From Bacilli bacterium (GTDB lineage Bacteria; Bacillota_I; Bacilli_A; ML615J-28; CAG-698), in contig JBMNLZ010000003.1 in the NCBI GenBank assembly GCA_050953065.1, positions 96,001 through 160,000 on the forward strand: 64,000 nt of DNA. The letters run 5' to 3'. A program made the position numbers and the translations under genes. Positions 30,975 through 39,986 of the stretch are shown here, piece by piece; position 1 is the stretch's first letter; each line of letters begins with the position of its first letter. The notes under the pieces were generated by a model, which searched no databases, was not told where the DNA came from, and was given only the letters and a program-made list of their open reading frames with translations.

Positions 30975-31766
30975 TTATCCTAAATCTTCTTCTTCTAAAC
31001 TAATAATATTAAAAACCATTTCCAATTTTAAAGTTCCATCAATACGTTCATCAACACATTCGGGATCAGTTCCTTCAAGCCATAAGACTATAACATATCT
31101 ATCGGCTTGTCCTACCTCTAAAGAATTTCTCACTTCTTTAGTTACTAAAGTATCACTTAAGAAAACTAGTGCATCATCTTCTTCTTCAATGCCATAATTT
31201 AAATCTTCATAAGCAATCTTTTCAGGAACGGTAGTAGTTCCCTCTCTTGCTTTCGCAAAAACTTTACGACTCGTCTCATTATTTTCGCTATCAAATGTTA
31301 ATAGCATTACCCTCACAGCGCTGTTTAAATCTTTTGTAACAACGGGAAAAGAAATCATATACTCATAATCTAGTACCTCAATACCAGAATTCTTAATGTA
31401 AAATGAATAGGCAACATAGTTAAAGCCATTGCTTGACCCTTCCATGTTATGATATTCTCTATATTTAACATCTTTATAAGAACAATCCGTTAATTTTAAA
31501 ATTCCATCTCCACTAATCGCAGATTTTGCTTTTTCAAAACTTGACTCTTCTGATAAGACAATTGATTTACCAACCATCTTAGTATCATCAACTTTAACTG
31601 TTATCATTCCATCAGTTGTCATTCCTACCATTAAAATAATATATAAAAGTGCTAACAATAATGGAATTGCAATAATAACAGCAATAGCAACTTTCTTAGC
31701 GAAACTTCGCCTAAACCTACCTCTGACTCTTTTACTAATACTTACATTAGTCATCCGAAGTTTCAC
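30975..31766 (-). CDS. Membrane-anchored WxEGxD-family protein (no SipW cleavage motif)
   Basis: Basic N-tail plus TM helix without A|WF; AVRVML and IVLWLEGTDPECVD. Likely start ATG at 31754 behind GGAGGTG; overlaps the HD-GYP gene end. Confidence 0.68.
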   Translation of the reverse strand: MKLRMTNVSISKRVRGRFRRSFAKKVAIAVIIAIPLLLALLYIILMVGMTTDGMITVKVDDTKMVGKSIVLSEESSFEKAKSAISGDGILKLTDCSYKDVKYREYHNMEGSSNGFNYVAYSFYIKNSGIEVLDYEYMISFPVVTKDLNSAVRVMLLTFDSENNETSRKVFAKAREGTTTVPEKIAYEDLNYGIEEEDDALVFLSDTLVTKEVRNSLEVGQADRYVIVLWLEGTDPECVDERIDGTLKLEMVFNIISLEEEDLG

Positions 31767-33213
31767 CTCCTATCTTTCTTGTAATCTTGAAAGTACGAGA
31801 TGCTAACTTAACATGCGGTTTACATATGAAGTTTCCTTCAAGTCTAGTCATCCCTAACTCTTGGAAGAACATAGCTTCTTTTCTATTATTAACATGAGTA
31901 ATAATTAATCTTCCTCTACAAGATCTAATATATTCATCAAGTTTTTTTAACATGTTTTGTTTTCTTTCATCCTCAAATAAACCAATAAAGTAGTTATGGT
32001 TTAATTGATAATAATCAAAAGGTAGTGCACTTACAACATTAAATGCATTATAAACATCATCTCCAAAAATCCCCATAGTCTTACAGCCACAATGTTTTAC
32101 TAGTTCAATATCATGTGGAGTAATCTCACTATCATCATGAAATGAAAAACATAAATTATAACTCATTACTTCTACTTCTTCAAATCTAGCAAGTAATTCT
32201 TTAAAGTTTTTCATATTTCTTATCATTTTAGGAGAATATTTAATGACAATCATTTCTTTAGTCATTTTATATTTAATCTTAGCAATATCATCAATTAAAA
32301 TATTTAAAGCAATATCAAGAAGTTGTGTTAACTTTGGAGTCTTAGCAGCAACTGTAAAATAATCATCACTTGTCATAACACCCTTAATTGGATCAAATAA
32401 TAAGAACTCTGTATCAACAAGTCTTACTTCTTGGTCTTGAATATGAAGAATTGGTTGATATCTAAATTCAAAAGGATAAATCGGGATATATTCAATATCA
32501 TCTAAGCTTAATCCTTTTTTCTCTTTTTTAATTTGTTTTTCTTTTTTTATTTCTTTAAATTCTTTAGTAACAGCTATTTTTTCAAAATTAGCTTTTAAAA
32601 TATTTAAGAATTCTTTTTCAACACTTAAAAAGAAATCAACAATTTCTCCGTCAAATTTAGCAGACTTTTCAGATACAAGTTTCTTCATTGCATATTCATG
32701 TGCATCTTGATAGTTTAAGCCATCAGCTAACTTTTCTAGTGTTATGTTATCATATGAATTACTTACCGCACAAAGTCTTGCATAAAGTGGAATGTCCTCA
32801 TCAGCCAACCCTCTAGGGTACCCCGACCCATCCCAAGCCTCATGATGGGCTTGCATTACAGAAACCAGCGCTACAACAAAAGGACTTGGTCTTTCTCCAG
32901 CTAAGTTTTCCATTTCAACTGATGTATGATTTATTAATTGTTTTTCTTCAAACGGTGTTAATTCATCTTTTTCTAAGATATCTACATCAATTCCAATCTT
33001 CCCTAAATCATGGAATTTCATAATATCATAGACATCTTTTTCACTTAATAGTTTATCTTCACTATAAGAATCTGAATTAATCATTTGTTTATAGATATGT
33101 TTAGAATAATCAGCCACTCGTTGAGAGTGGTCTTTGACATTTTTAGGTAGCGTATCTAATAAGGGTGCAATCTCAGCAACAGTTGAGTTATATTTGATTT
33201 TTAATTCTTTCAT
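31747..33213 (-). CDS. HD-GYP phosphodiesterase domain fused to a degenerate EAL domain
   Basis: HSQRVA, FHDLGKIG, HHEAWDGSGYPRGL intact; C-terminal half has YQPI..TEFLL, lacks DDFG (GIFG instead), and has LEG in place of QG. Confidence 0.85.
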   Translation of the reverse strand: MKELKIKYNSTVAEIAPLLDTLPKNVKDHSQRVADYSKHIYKQMINSDSYSEDKLLSEKDVYDIMKFHDLGKIGIDVDILEKDELTPFEEKQLINHTSVEMENLAGERPSPFVVALVSVMQAHHEAWDGSGYPRGLADEDIPLYARLCAVSNSYDNITLEKLADGLNYQDAHEYAMKKLVSEKSAKFDGEIVDFFLSVEKEFLNILKANFEKIAVTKEFKEIKKEKQIKKEKKGLSLDDIEYIPIYPFEFRYQPILHIQDQEVRLVDTEFLLFDPIKGVMTSDDYFTVAAKTPKLTQLLDIALNILIDDIAKIKYKMTKEMIVIKYSPKMIRNMKNFKELLARFEEVEVMSYNLCFSFHDDSEITPHDIELVKHCGCKTMGIFGDDVYNAFNVVSALPFDYYQLNHNYFIGLFEDERKQNMLKKLDEYIRSCRGRLIITHVNNRKEAMFFQELGMTRLEGNFICKPHVKLASRTFKITRKIGGETSDD

Positions 33214-33330
33214 TAAGCAAACTGGGCAAAACTGTTACTTAAGAACTAGTTTTGCACTCTCCTTTCTAAGAATGAATTGCTTACCTTTTAATATACAATT
33301 AAGGGGTAAAACAGGGTGCAGAATTCCTTA
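33214..33330 (-). promoter_or_regulatory. Structured 5' leader of the HD-GYP/EAL gene (candidate cis-regulatory RNA)
   Basis: Several complementary segments: GCAAAACT/AGTTTTGC, TAAGCAA/TTGCTTA, TTACC/GGTAA, TGCAC/GTGCA; the only SD-like AAGGAG lies ~45 nt upstream of the ATG. Confidence 0.4.
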
Positions 33331-33334
33331 TCTT

Positions 33335-33363
33335 ATTTTATCATTTTTTTTTTAAAATGTAAA
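33335..33363 (-). promoter_or_regulatory. Putative sigma-70/A promoter TTTACA-17-TAAAAT (extended -10) with an A10 tract in the spacer
   Basis: Minus strand TTTACA ttttAAAAAAAAAAtga TAAAAT. Confidence 0.55.
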
Positions 33364-33466
33364 GTATTTAGACCTTTTATTCTATGTTTTTTTGCTTATT
33401 TTTATGTTGTTTTCAAGTCTTTTTTAATAAAAAAAAGAAAGTTTTAAAAAAATATAAAATATGGAC

Positions 33467-33501
33467 AAAAAACTCCTAGAAATTTTATTTTCTAGGAGTT
33501 T
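33467..33501 (-). terminator. Intrinsic terminator after the 288-aa gene
   Basis: IR AAACTCCTAGAAA/TTTCTAGGAGTTT followed by a U-tract on the minus strand. Confidence 0.8.
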
Positions 33502-33524
33502 GGATATCTTAAACTATAAAGTTT

Positions 33525-34391
33525 TTAAGTCCATTTATCAGCATCATCCATTGCAAAATCAAGTGATAACATAACTGTTTGTCCTAAGTTAGCATCAATT
33601 GCTTCAGCATCTGTTCCTTCTATCCACATTACAACTGATACTTTTTGAGCAGCTGCTTTAGCTGTACCAGTATTAACTTCTAAAATTTTTGTAGCTGAAG
33701 TAGAAGTATTATGTGCTATAATTCTTTTAATTTGTCCTGCTGTTGGAGTAGTAGCAATCTCACCTTTAGGTTCATTCGTTGTCGCAGCCGCTCCAGCCGA
33801 TGTAACAAATGGAATAGGTTCAGTTGCATCAGTATAAGGTGCCCAAATACCAACGATATTATTATTACTATCTAGGAAGGCAACTCTAACAGCCTTTCTT
33901 ATTGTAACATCATTTATTACAGATCCACCCGTTAAATAAACTCCTTTGTCAACACCTGCTCCAGCAACACCAGAAAATCCTGTGAAATACAAATCAAAAG
34001 TTATATACTTATGCAATTCTCCACTAATCGCAGAAAATTCAACTGGAGTTTCTTTAGTTAAATAAAAGAAAGCTTTACCATTTCCTGAAATATTTGATTT
34101 TTCTTGTTCTACAAGACCAGAAATTTTAAAAGGAGAAGATCTAAAGTCAACATTATTAACAAAATCACCATATTGTAAAGATGCAAAAGCAATAGGAGTA
34201 TTATCTCCAGGCTCTATAAGACTAGCATCTACAGCAGGATAAATTTTTAAAACACCTTTACTAGTAGCAACAATAGATGCACCTTGACCTTTAGAAGTTT
34301 CACTTAAACTAAACCACGCAAATACACCAACTACTAATAATACCATCATAACCGCAAGGAACGTATAACTAAAAATTAATTTCTTTTTCAT
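33525..34391 (-). CDS. SipW-class secreted protein, WxEGxD family (putative fibre subunit)
   Basis: Signal ends GVFA|WFS; NISGNG, LYFTG, RVAFL, GIWAP, VMWIEGTDAEAIDANL. Confidence 0.72.
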   Translation of the reverse strand: MKKKLIFSYTFLAVMMVLLVVGVFAWFSLSETSKGQGASIVATSKGVLKIYPAVDASLIEPGDNTPIAFASLQYGDFVNNVDFRSSPFKISGLVEQEKSNISGNGKAFFYLTKETPVEFSAISGELHKYITFDLYFTGFSGVAGAGVDKGVYLTGGSVINDVTIRKAVRVAFLDSNNNIVGIWAPYTDATEPIPFVTSAGAAATTNEPKGEIATTPTAGQIKRIIAHNTSTSATKILEVNTGTAKAAAQKVSVVMWIEGTDAEAIDANLGQTVMLSLDFAMDDADKWT

Positions 34392-34512
34392 TTTTTTAAA
34401 TACCTTTCTATATTTTTTTAAACATTTAATCGTTCACACCAATATAATAACATATTCTTATTTATTTTACTAGTATAATTTTATTTTTTATTTTTTAAGC
34501 AATAACAATTAA

Positions 34513-34543
34513 TAGAAAACCACTGAAAAACAGTAGTTTTCTA
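34513..34543 (-). terminator. Hairpin/terminator after the 300-aa gene
   Basis: IR TAGAAAAC.ACTG/CAGT.GTTTTCTA. Confidence 0.55.
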
Positions 34544-34568
34544 AAAAATCTTTCCAACTTAAATATTT

Positions 34569-35471
34569 CTAAGCTTGTGGTTGTTCCGCAAATTCAGTTA
34601 GCGTAGCAACACCAAAATTCATCTTAATGTTTGAAAGCGCTCTAAGGTTAGCATCCACAGTAGCTGCATCAGCTCCCTCAATCCAAATTCTTACAACCAT
34701 AGCTTGGCTCGTACTATGAGCAGTACCTAATACTACTGGTAATAAAGGCGTTGCTTGAATTTTACCACCATCTAAATCTCCATTTATTACTCTTAAAGTC
34801 TCATAAAGAGGAGTATCACCACTCTTTGTATAACCTAAAATTCCACTAGCACTTGGGTATGTATCAGTTGATTTAACATAATTAAGGTTACCAGCATGTG
34901 TTGCTCCAGAAACTACTGTTGCATGAGGTGCCCATATTCCAATTGTTGAAGTACCTGCTGCATTCAAAAATGCAACACGTATACCAGCAATAATTGAAGG
35001 ATCACTTGCTTCTCCAACTTTTGTAATTGCTGAGTTTCCTGTTAAATAAACTTGTTTTACAGTAGTATCAGTTTGGTCCCCATTATAACCAGTAAAATAA
35101 AGTTTAAACTGAACATAATCGTGAATTCCATCTACTCCCGCTGAATATGATGGTGAATCTCCACCAATCAATCTAAAAAACGAAGTTCCATTTCCAGAAA
35201 TATTAGTACGTTTTGCATTAGCAATCGCTGCATCAGCGAATTGTCCTGATGAGAAGTTAACATTATATTTATAATCACCAAAACCAGTAGGCTCTACAGT
35301 TTGGTTTGGTGAAACAGAGTAAACCCTCAATGTTCCTTCAGTAATAGCTTGGATTTGAGCGTTTTCAACTGTTGAAGTTGCTGTTACCGTAAACCATGCA
35401 AATGCACCCACTGCAAACAATAACAATGAAATCCCTAACATTGCATAAAGCATAACAAATTTTCTTTTCAT
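34569..35471 (-). CDS. SipW-class secreted protein, WxEGxD family (first gene of the cluster; candidate major subunit)
   Basis: AAGGAG SD; signal ends GAFA|WFT; NISGNG, LYFTG, RVAFL, GIWAP, RIWIEGADAATVDANL. Confidence 0.72.
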   Translation of the reverse strand: MKRKFVMLYAMLGISLLLFAVGAFAWFTVTATSTVENAQIQAITEGTLRVYSVSPNQTVEPTGFGDYKYNVNFSSGQFADAAIANAKRTNISGNGTSFFRLIGGDSPSYSAGVDGIHDYVQFKLYFTGYNGDQTDTTVKQVYLTGNSAITKVGEASDPSIIAGIRVAFLNAAGTSTIGIWAPHATVVSGATHAGNLNYVKSTDTYPSASGILGYTKSGDTPLYETLRVINGDLDGGKIQATPLLPVVLGTAHSTSQAMVVRIWIEGADAATVDANLRALSNIKMNFGVATLTEFAEQPQA

Positions 35472-35635
35472 ATTTTTTCTCCTTTTTATAGATAGTTTTC
35501 TTTAAAAATAAAACTAAATTTCTTCAACCTTAGAAAAAAAATAATTAGTTTTTAAACAAAACTATTTGGTTAACTTCCTTTGTTTTCATTAAATTTCCTA
35601 TCTAACGAGAGCAAACGAGAGTTTTCCTTAACTAA

Positions 35636-35664
35636 ATTGTATCATTTATATTTTGTTATTGCAA
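35636..35664 (-). promoter_or_regulatory. Putative promoter of the SipW cluster, TTGCAA-17-TACAAT (extended -10)
   Basis: Minus strand TTGCAA taacaaaatataaatga TACAAT, giving a ~155-nt leader. Confidence 0.6.
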
Positions 35665-35707
35665 GTATTTTACATAAAAATGATTTTATTTTTATTTTTT
35701 AATAAAC

Positions 35708-35756
35708 AAAAAACACCATTTTGTTTAGTATCTTCTAAATAAAATGGTGTTTTTTT
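35708..35756 (-). terminator. Intrinsic terminator at the end of the polysaccharide operon
   Basis: IR AAAAAACACCATTTT...AAAATGGTGTTTTTT immediately after the last epimerase gene. Confidence 0.8.
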
Positions 35757-35775
35757 ATGAAATTTTTTTAATAAA

Positions 35776-36762
35776 TCATAAATTCTTCTTATACCATTCA
35801 ATTGCCTCAATTATTCCATCTTTAAAACTCCAACTAGGGTTATAACCTAACAATTTTTTTGCTTTAGAAATATCTGCATTGCTGTGTTTAATATCTCCTA
35901 CTCTTGCTTCTTTAAATATAGGTTTAATATCCTTACCTAATACTTCACATAATAAATCATAAATATCAATTAAATATTCTCTTCCGCCATAAGCGATATT
36001 AAAAGCTTCACCCGAAGTACCTTCAAAAGCATTACATGCTTTTAAATTAGCTTCAATGACATTTTCAATATAAGTAAAATCTCTACTTTGTTTGCCATCA
36101 CCATAAATTGTTGGAATTTCTCCATTTAATAATTGTTTAATGAATTTAGGAATAACTGCAGCATAATCACCATATGGATTTTGTCTTTTTCCAAAAACAT
36201 TAAAGTATCTTAACCCAATTGTTTCTAAGCCATATAACTTATAATAAAGTTTTGCATATTCTTCATTTGTTTTTTTAGTTAAAGCATAAGGAGATAAAAT
36301 ATTGCCTTCACTTCCTTCTTTTTTAGGTAAAGAGATACTATCTCCATAAACAGAAGAACTTGATGCATAAACAAACTTTTTTACTTTGTTTATTCTAGAT
36401 GCTTCTAACATATTCAATGTCCCTCTAATATTTATATCTTCATAAAGCAAGGGCATCTCAACATTTCTTGGAACGCTTCCCCAAGCAGCCTGATGCAAAA
36501 CATAATCTGCTCCTTTACAAGCATTAATACAATCTTCTAAATTTCTAATATCTTTTTCTAAAAATTCAAATTTTTTATTTTTTAAAAATGGTTTGATGTT
36601 ATTAATATTACCAGTTGATAAATCATCTAAACATCTAACATAATAACCCATTTCTAAAATTTTTTCGCATAAATTAGAACCAATAAATCCAGCTCCGCCA
36701 GTAATCAAAAAAACTGTATTCTTTGGAAAACTAATATTACTATATCCCATTAAAGTCTCCAA
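35776..36762 (-). CDS. UDP-GlcNAc/GlcNAcA 4-epimerase (TviC/WbpP-like SDR)
   Basis: [39 protein letters not shown]; follows the TviB-like gene. Confidence 0.85.
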   Translation of the reverse strand: METLMGYSNISFPKNTVFLITGGAGFIGSNLCEKILEMGYYVRCLDDLSTGNINNIKPFLKNKKFEFLEKDIRNLEDCINACKGADYVLHQAAWGSVPRNVEMPLLYEDINIRGTLNMLEASRINKVKKFVYASSSSVYGDSISLPKKEGSEGNILSPYALTKKTNEEYAKLYYKLYGLETIGLRYFNVFGKRQNPYGDYAAVIPKFIKQLLNGEIPTIYGDGKQSRDFTYIENVIEANLKACNAFEGTSGEAFNIAYGGREYLIDIYDLLCEVLGKDIKPIFKEARVGDIKHSNADISKAKKLLGYNPSWSFKDGIIEAIEWYKKNL

Positions 36763-38078
36763 TACTTATAATTATTTGTTTCAAAAGTATTTCTATTAAA
36801 TATACCCTTTACATCAATTAAAACTTTATTTGTTTTTCTATTATACATTTTATCTAAAGCATCAATAGATAATGCTTTAAATTCATTATGACTAACAGCA
36901 ATAACAATTGCATCCACATCTTTTATTTCTTCTTTTTCATTAAAAGAAAAACCATATTCACGTTTTGCTTCTTCTTTGTCCGCTACAGGGTCTACAATTA
37001 ATGGAGTTATACCATACTCTTTTAATTCATTAACAATATCAATCACTCTTGTATTTCTTGTATCAGGACAATTTTCTTTAAAGGTAAACCCTAGAATCGC
37101 AACTTTAGCATTTTTTACAGAAACATTAGCTTTGATTAATACTTTAATCAAATTCTCAACAATATACCTTCCCATATTATCATTTATTCTTCTACCTGAT
37201 AATATAATTTGAGAATGATAACCAACTTGTTCTGCTTTGTAAGTTAAATAATATGGGTCAACACCAATGCAGTGACCTCCAACTAAACCTGGTGAAAACT
37301 TTAAAAAATTCCACTTAGTCCCAGCCGCTTCTAACACTGCTTTTGTATCAATATTTAATCTATTAAAAATAATTGATAATTCATTCATGAAAGCAATATT
37401 AATATCTCTTTGAGAATTTTCAATTACTTTGGCAGCTTCAGCTACTTTAATAGATTCTGCCTTGTAAACTCCAGCCTCTACTACTAATTCATAAACTTTA
37501 GCAACTACATCTAGAGTTTCTAAATCCATTCCTGAAACTATTTTTATAATAGTTTCTAAACGGTGCACTTTATCTCCTGGATTTATTCTTTCAGGAGAAT
37601 ATCCCACTTTAAAATCAACCCCGCATTTTAAACCTGATTCTTTTTCAAGAATCGGAACACATACTTCTTCTGTTACACTAGGATAGACTGTTGATTCATA
37701 AACTACAATTGAACCTTTCACAAGATTTCTTCCTAAAGTTTTAGAAGCACTTTCAACTGGTCTTAAGTCAGGTGTGCGATCTTTATTAACAGGCGTAGGG
37801 ACAGCGACTATATGGAATTTAGCTTCTTTAAGCTTTTTTTCATCAGTTGTAAAATCTACTGTAGTAGATTTTATAACATCATTACCAACTTCTTTAGTTG
37901 GATCAATTCCTTTTTTATATAAAGCTATTTTTTCTTCACTAATATCAAAACCAATAACTTTTATCTTTTTACTAAAAGCAACAGCAATAGGCATACCAAC
38001 ATAACCTAAACCGATTAGCGACATGCTTTCTTTTTTTTCTATAAGTTTTTCATATAATTTATTCATAAATCTCTCCAT
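36750..38078 (-). CDS. UDP-N-acetylhexosamine 6-dehydrogenase (TviB/WbpO-like)
   Basis: [47 protein letters not shown]. Confidence 0.9.
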   Translation of the reverse strand: MERFMNKLYEKLIEKKESMSLIGLGYVGMPIAVAFSKKIKVIGFDISEEKIALYKKGIDPTKEVGNDVIKSTTVDFTTDEKKLKEAKFHIVAVPTPVNKDRTPDLRPVESASKTLGRNLVKGSIVVYESTVYPSVTEEVCVPILEKESGLKCGVDFKVGYSPERINPGDKVHRLETIIKIVSGMDLETLDVVAKVYELVVEAGVYKAESIKVAEAAKVIENSQRDINIAFMNELSIIFNRLNIDTKAVLEAAGTKWNFLKFSPGLVGGHCIGVDPYYLTYKAEQVGYHSQIILSGRRINDNMGRYIVENLIKVLIKANVSVKNAKVAILGFTFKENCPDTRNTRVIDIVNELKEYGITPLIVDPVADKEEAKREYGFSFNEKEEIKDVDAIVIAVSHNEFKALSIDALDKMYNRKTNKVLIDVKGIFNRNTFETNNYKYWRL

Positions 38079-38088
38079 TTAAATTTGC

Positions 38089-39102
38089 TTATTTATAATG
38101 TTTTGCCATAAATCTTAAATATTCGCCACTTTCAATATTTTTAAGCCATTTTTGATTATCTATGTTCCATTTAATAGTTTGTTTAATCCCAGAATCAAAA
38201 TTATATTTAGGCTTCCAGCCTAAAGAGTTTTCAATTTTAGTAGCATCAATTGCATATCTTAAATCATGCCCTGGTCTATCAGTAACAAACCGAATTAAAC
38301 TTTCAGGCTTATTTAATTCTTTTAAAATTATTTTTACAACCTCAATATTGGTTTTCTCATTATGTCCACCAATATTATAAACTTCCCCTATCGCACCTTT
38401 ATGGATGATTAAATCAATTGCTGTACAATGATCATATACATGTAACCAATCTCTAACGTTTTCTCCCTTACCATAAACTGGTAAGAATTTATCTTCTAAA
38501 GCATTTTTAATCATTAAAGGAATTAACTTTTCAGGGAATTGATAAGGCCCATAATTATTAGAACATCTTGAAATAGTAATAGGCAAGCCAAAAGTTCTAT
38601 TATAAGCATGGACTAATAAATCAGCCGATGCTTTAGATGCCGAATATGGGCTTGAAGTTTGAAGTGGCGTTTTTTCAGTAAATAATAAATCTTTTCTATC
38701 AAGAGGTAAATCTCCATATACCTCATCAGTTGATACCTGATGGAATCTTTTAACGCTATACTTTAAAGAAGCATCCATCAAAACTTGCGTTCCAATGATA
38801 TTTGTCTTTAAGAAAATTTCCGGATTTTCTATTGATCTATCAACATGTGATTCAGCTGCAAAATTAATTACAACATCAAATTTTTCTTTTTCAAATAACT
38901 CAAAAACCAATTTTCTATCCGTAATATCTCCTTTAACAAATTTAAAATTAGGCTTTCCCATTATGGGTTCTAAGGTTTCTAAATTACCTGCATAAGTTAG
39001 AGCATCTAATACCAAAATGTTATAGGTAGGATATTTATCAACCATATAATGGCAAAAATTTCCGCCAATAAATCCAGCACCACCAGTTATTAATATTTTC
39101 AT
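38089..39102 (-). CDS. rfbB: dTDP-glucose 4,6-dehydratase
   Basis: [47 protein letters not shown]. Confidence 0.96.
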   Translation of the reverse strand: MKILITGGAGFIGGNFCHYMVDKYPTYNILVLDALTYAGNLETLEPIMGKPNFKFVKGDITDRKLVFELFEKEKFDVVINFAAESHVDRSIENPEIFLKTNIIGTQVLMDASLKYSVKRFHQVSTDEVYGDLPLDRKDLLFTEKTPLQTSSPYSASKASADLLVHAYNRTFGLPITISRCSNNYGPYQFPEKLIPLMIKNALEDKFLPVYGKGENVRDWLHVYDHCTAIDLIIHKGAIGEVYNIGGHNEKTNIEVVKIILKELNKPESLIRFVTDRPGHDLRYAIDATKIENSLGWKPKYNFDSGIKQTIKWNIDNQKWLKNIESGEYLRFMAKHYK

Positions 39103-39983
39103 TTTAAACCCCTCTTTTTAAAATCAGTCAACGAAAGAATATATTGACCATATTCAGTCATCTTTAAACTTTTACCAATATTATAAAGTTGTTCTTCAGT
39201 TATAAATCCCCTTCTCCAAGCAATCTCTTCAATACAAGAAATATAGAAACCTTGTCTTGATTGAATAGCCTCAACATATTGAGAAGCATTTAACAAGCCA
39301 GTTGGTGTTCCTGTATCAAGCCAAGCCATTCCTCTACCTAACAAAACGACATTTAATTTATTCATTTTTAAGTATTCATTATTAACGCTAGTAATCTCAA
39401 GCTCTCCTCTTGCAGAAGGCTTAATATTTTTAACTATCTCAACAACTTTATTATCATAAAAATACAAACCAGGTACAGCATAATTAGATTTTGGATTGGC
39501 AGGTTTTTCTTCTATAGAAATCACCTTATTCGATTCATCAAATTCTACTACTCCAAATGAAGATGCATCCTTTACAGGATAGCCAAAAATAACCGCCCCA
39601 TCTTTTATTTCTTTAGCTTGATTTAATACTTTTGTTAAATCTTGTCCATAAAAAAGATTATCTCCAAGAATCAAACAAACACTATCATCCCCAATAAATG
39701 ATCTTCCTATTATGAAAGCATCAGCTAAACCTCTTGGTGTTTCTTGAATTTTATAATTAATATTTAATCCTAAAGAACTCCCATCATTAAATAGTTTTTC
39801 ATATAATGGTGTATCCTCTGGAGTTGAAATTATTAAGATATCTTTAATTCCTGCTAACATCAAAACAGAAAGCGGATAATATATTAAAGGTTTATCATAA
39901 ATAGGTAACAATTGTTTTGAAATAACTTTAGTCATTGGGTAAAGTCTTGAACCTTTACCTCCCGCTAATATAATTCCTTTCAT
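39099..39983 (-). CDS. rfbA: Glucose-1-phosphate thymidylyltransferase
   Basis: [37 protein letters not shown]. Confidence 0.97.
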   Translation of the reverse strand: MKGIILAGGKGSRLYPMTKVISKQLLPIYDKPLIYYPLSVLMLAGIKDILIISTPEDTPLYEKLFNDGSSLGLNINYKIQETPRGLADAFIIGRSFIGDDSVCLILGDNLFYGQDLTKVLNQAKEIKDGAVIFGYPVKDASSFGVVEFDESNKVISIEEKPANPKSNYAVPGLYFYDNKVVEIVKNIKPSARGELEITSVNNEYLKMNKLNVVLLGRGMAWLDTGTPTGLLNASQYVEAIQSRQGFYISCIEEIAWRRGFITEEQLYNIGKSLKMTEYGQYILSLTDFKKRGLK

Positions 39984-39986
39984 AAT

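Noticed and set aside
27348-35471. Sortase-dependent or type IV pilus interpretation
   Set aside because: No LPXTG or sortase, and no class III prepilin G|F...E motif, PilB/PilC or prepilin peptidase.
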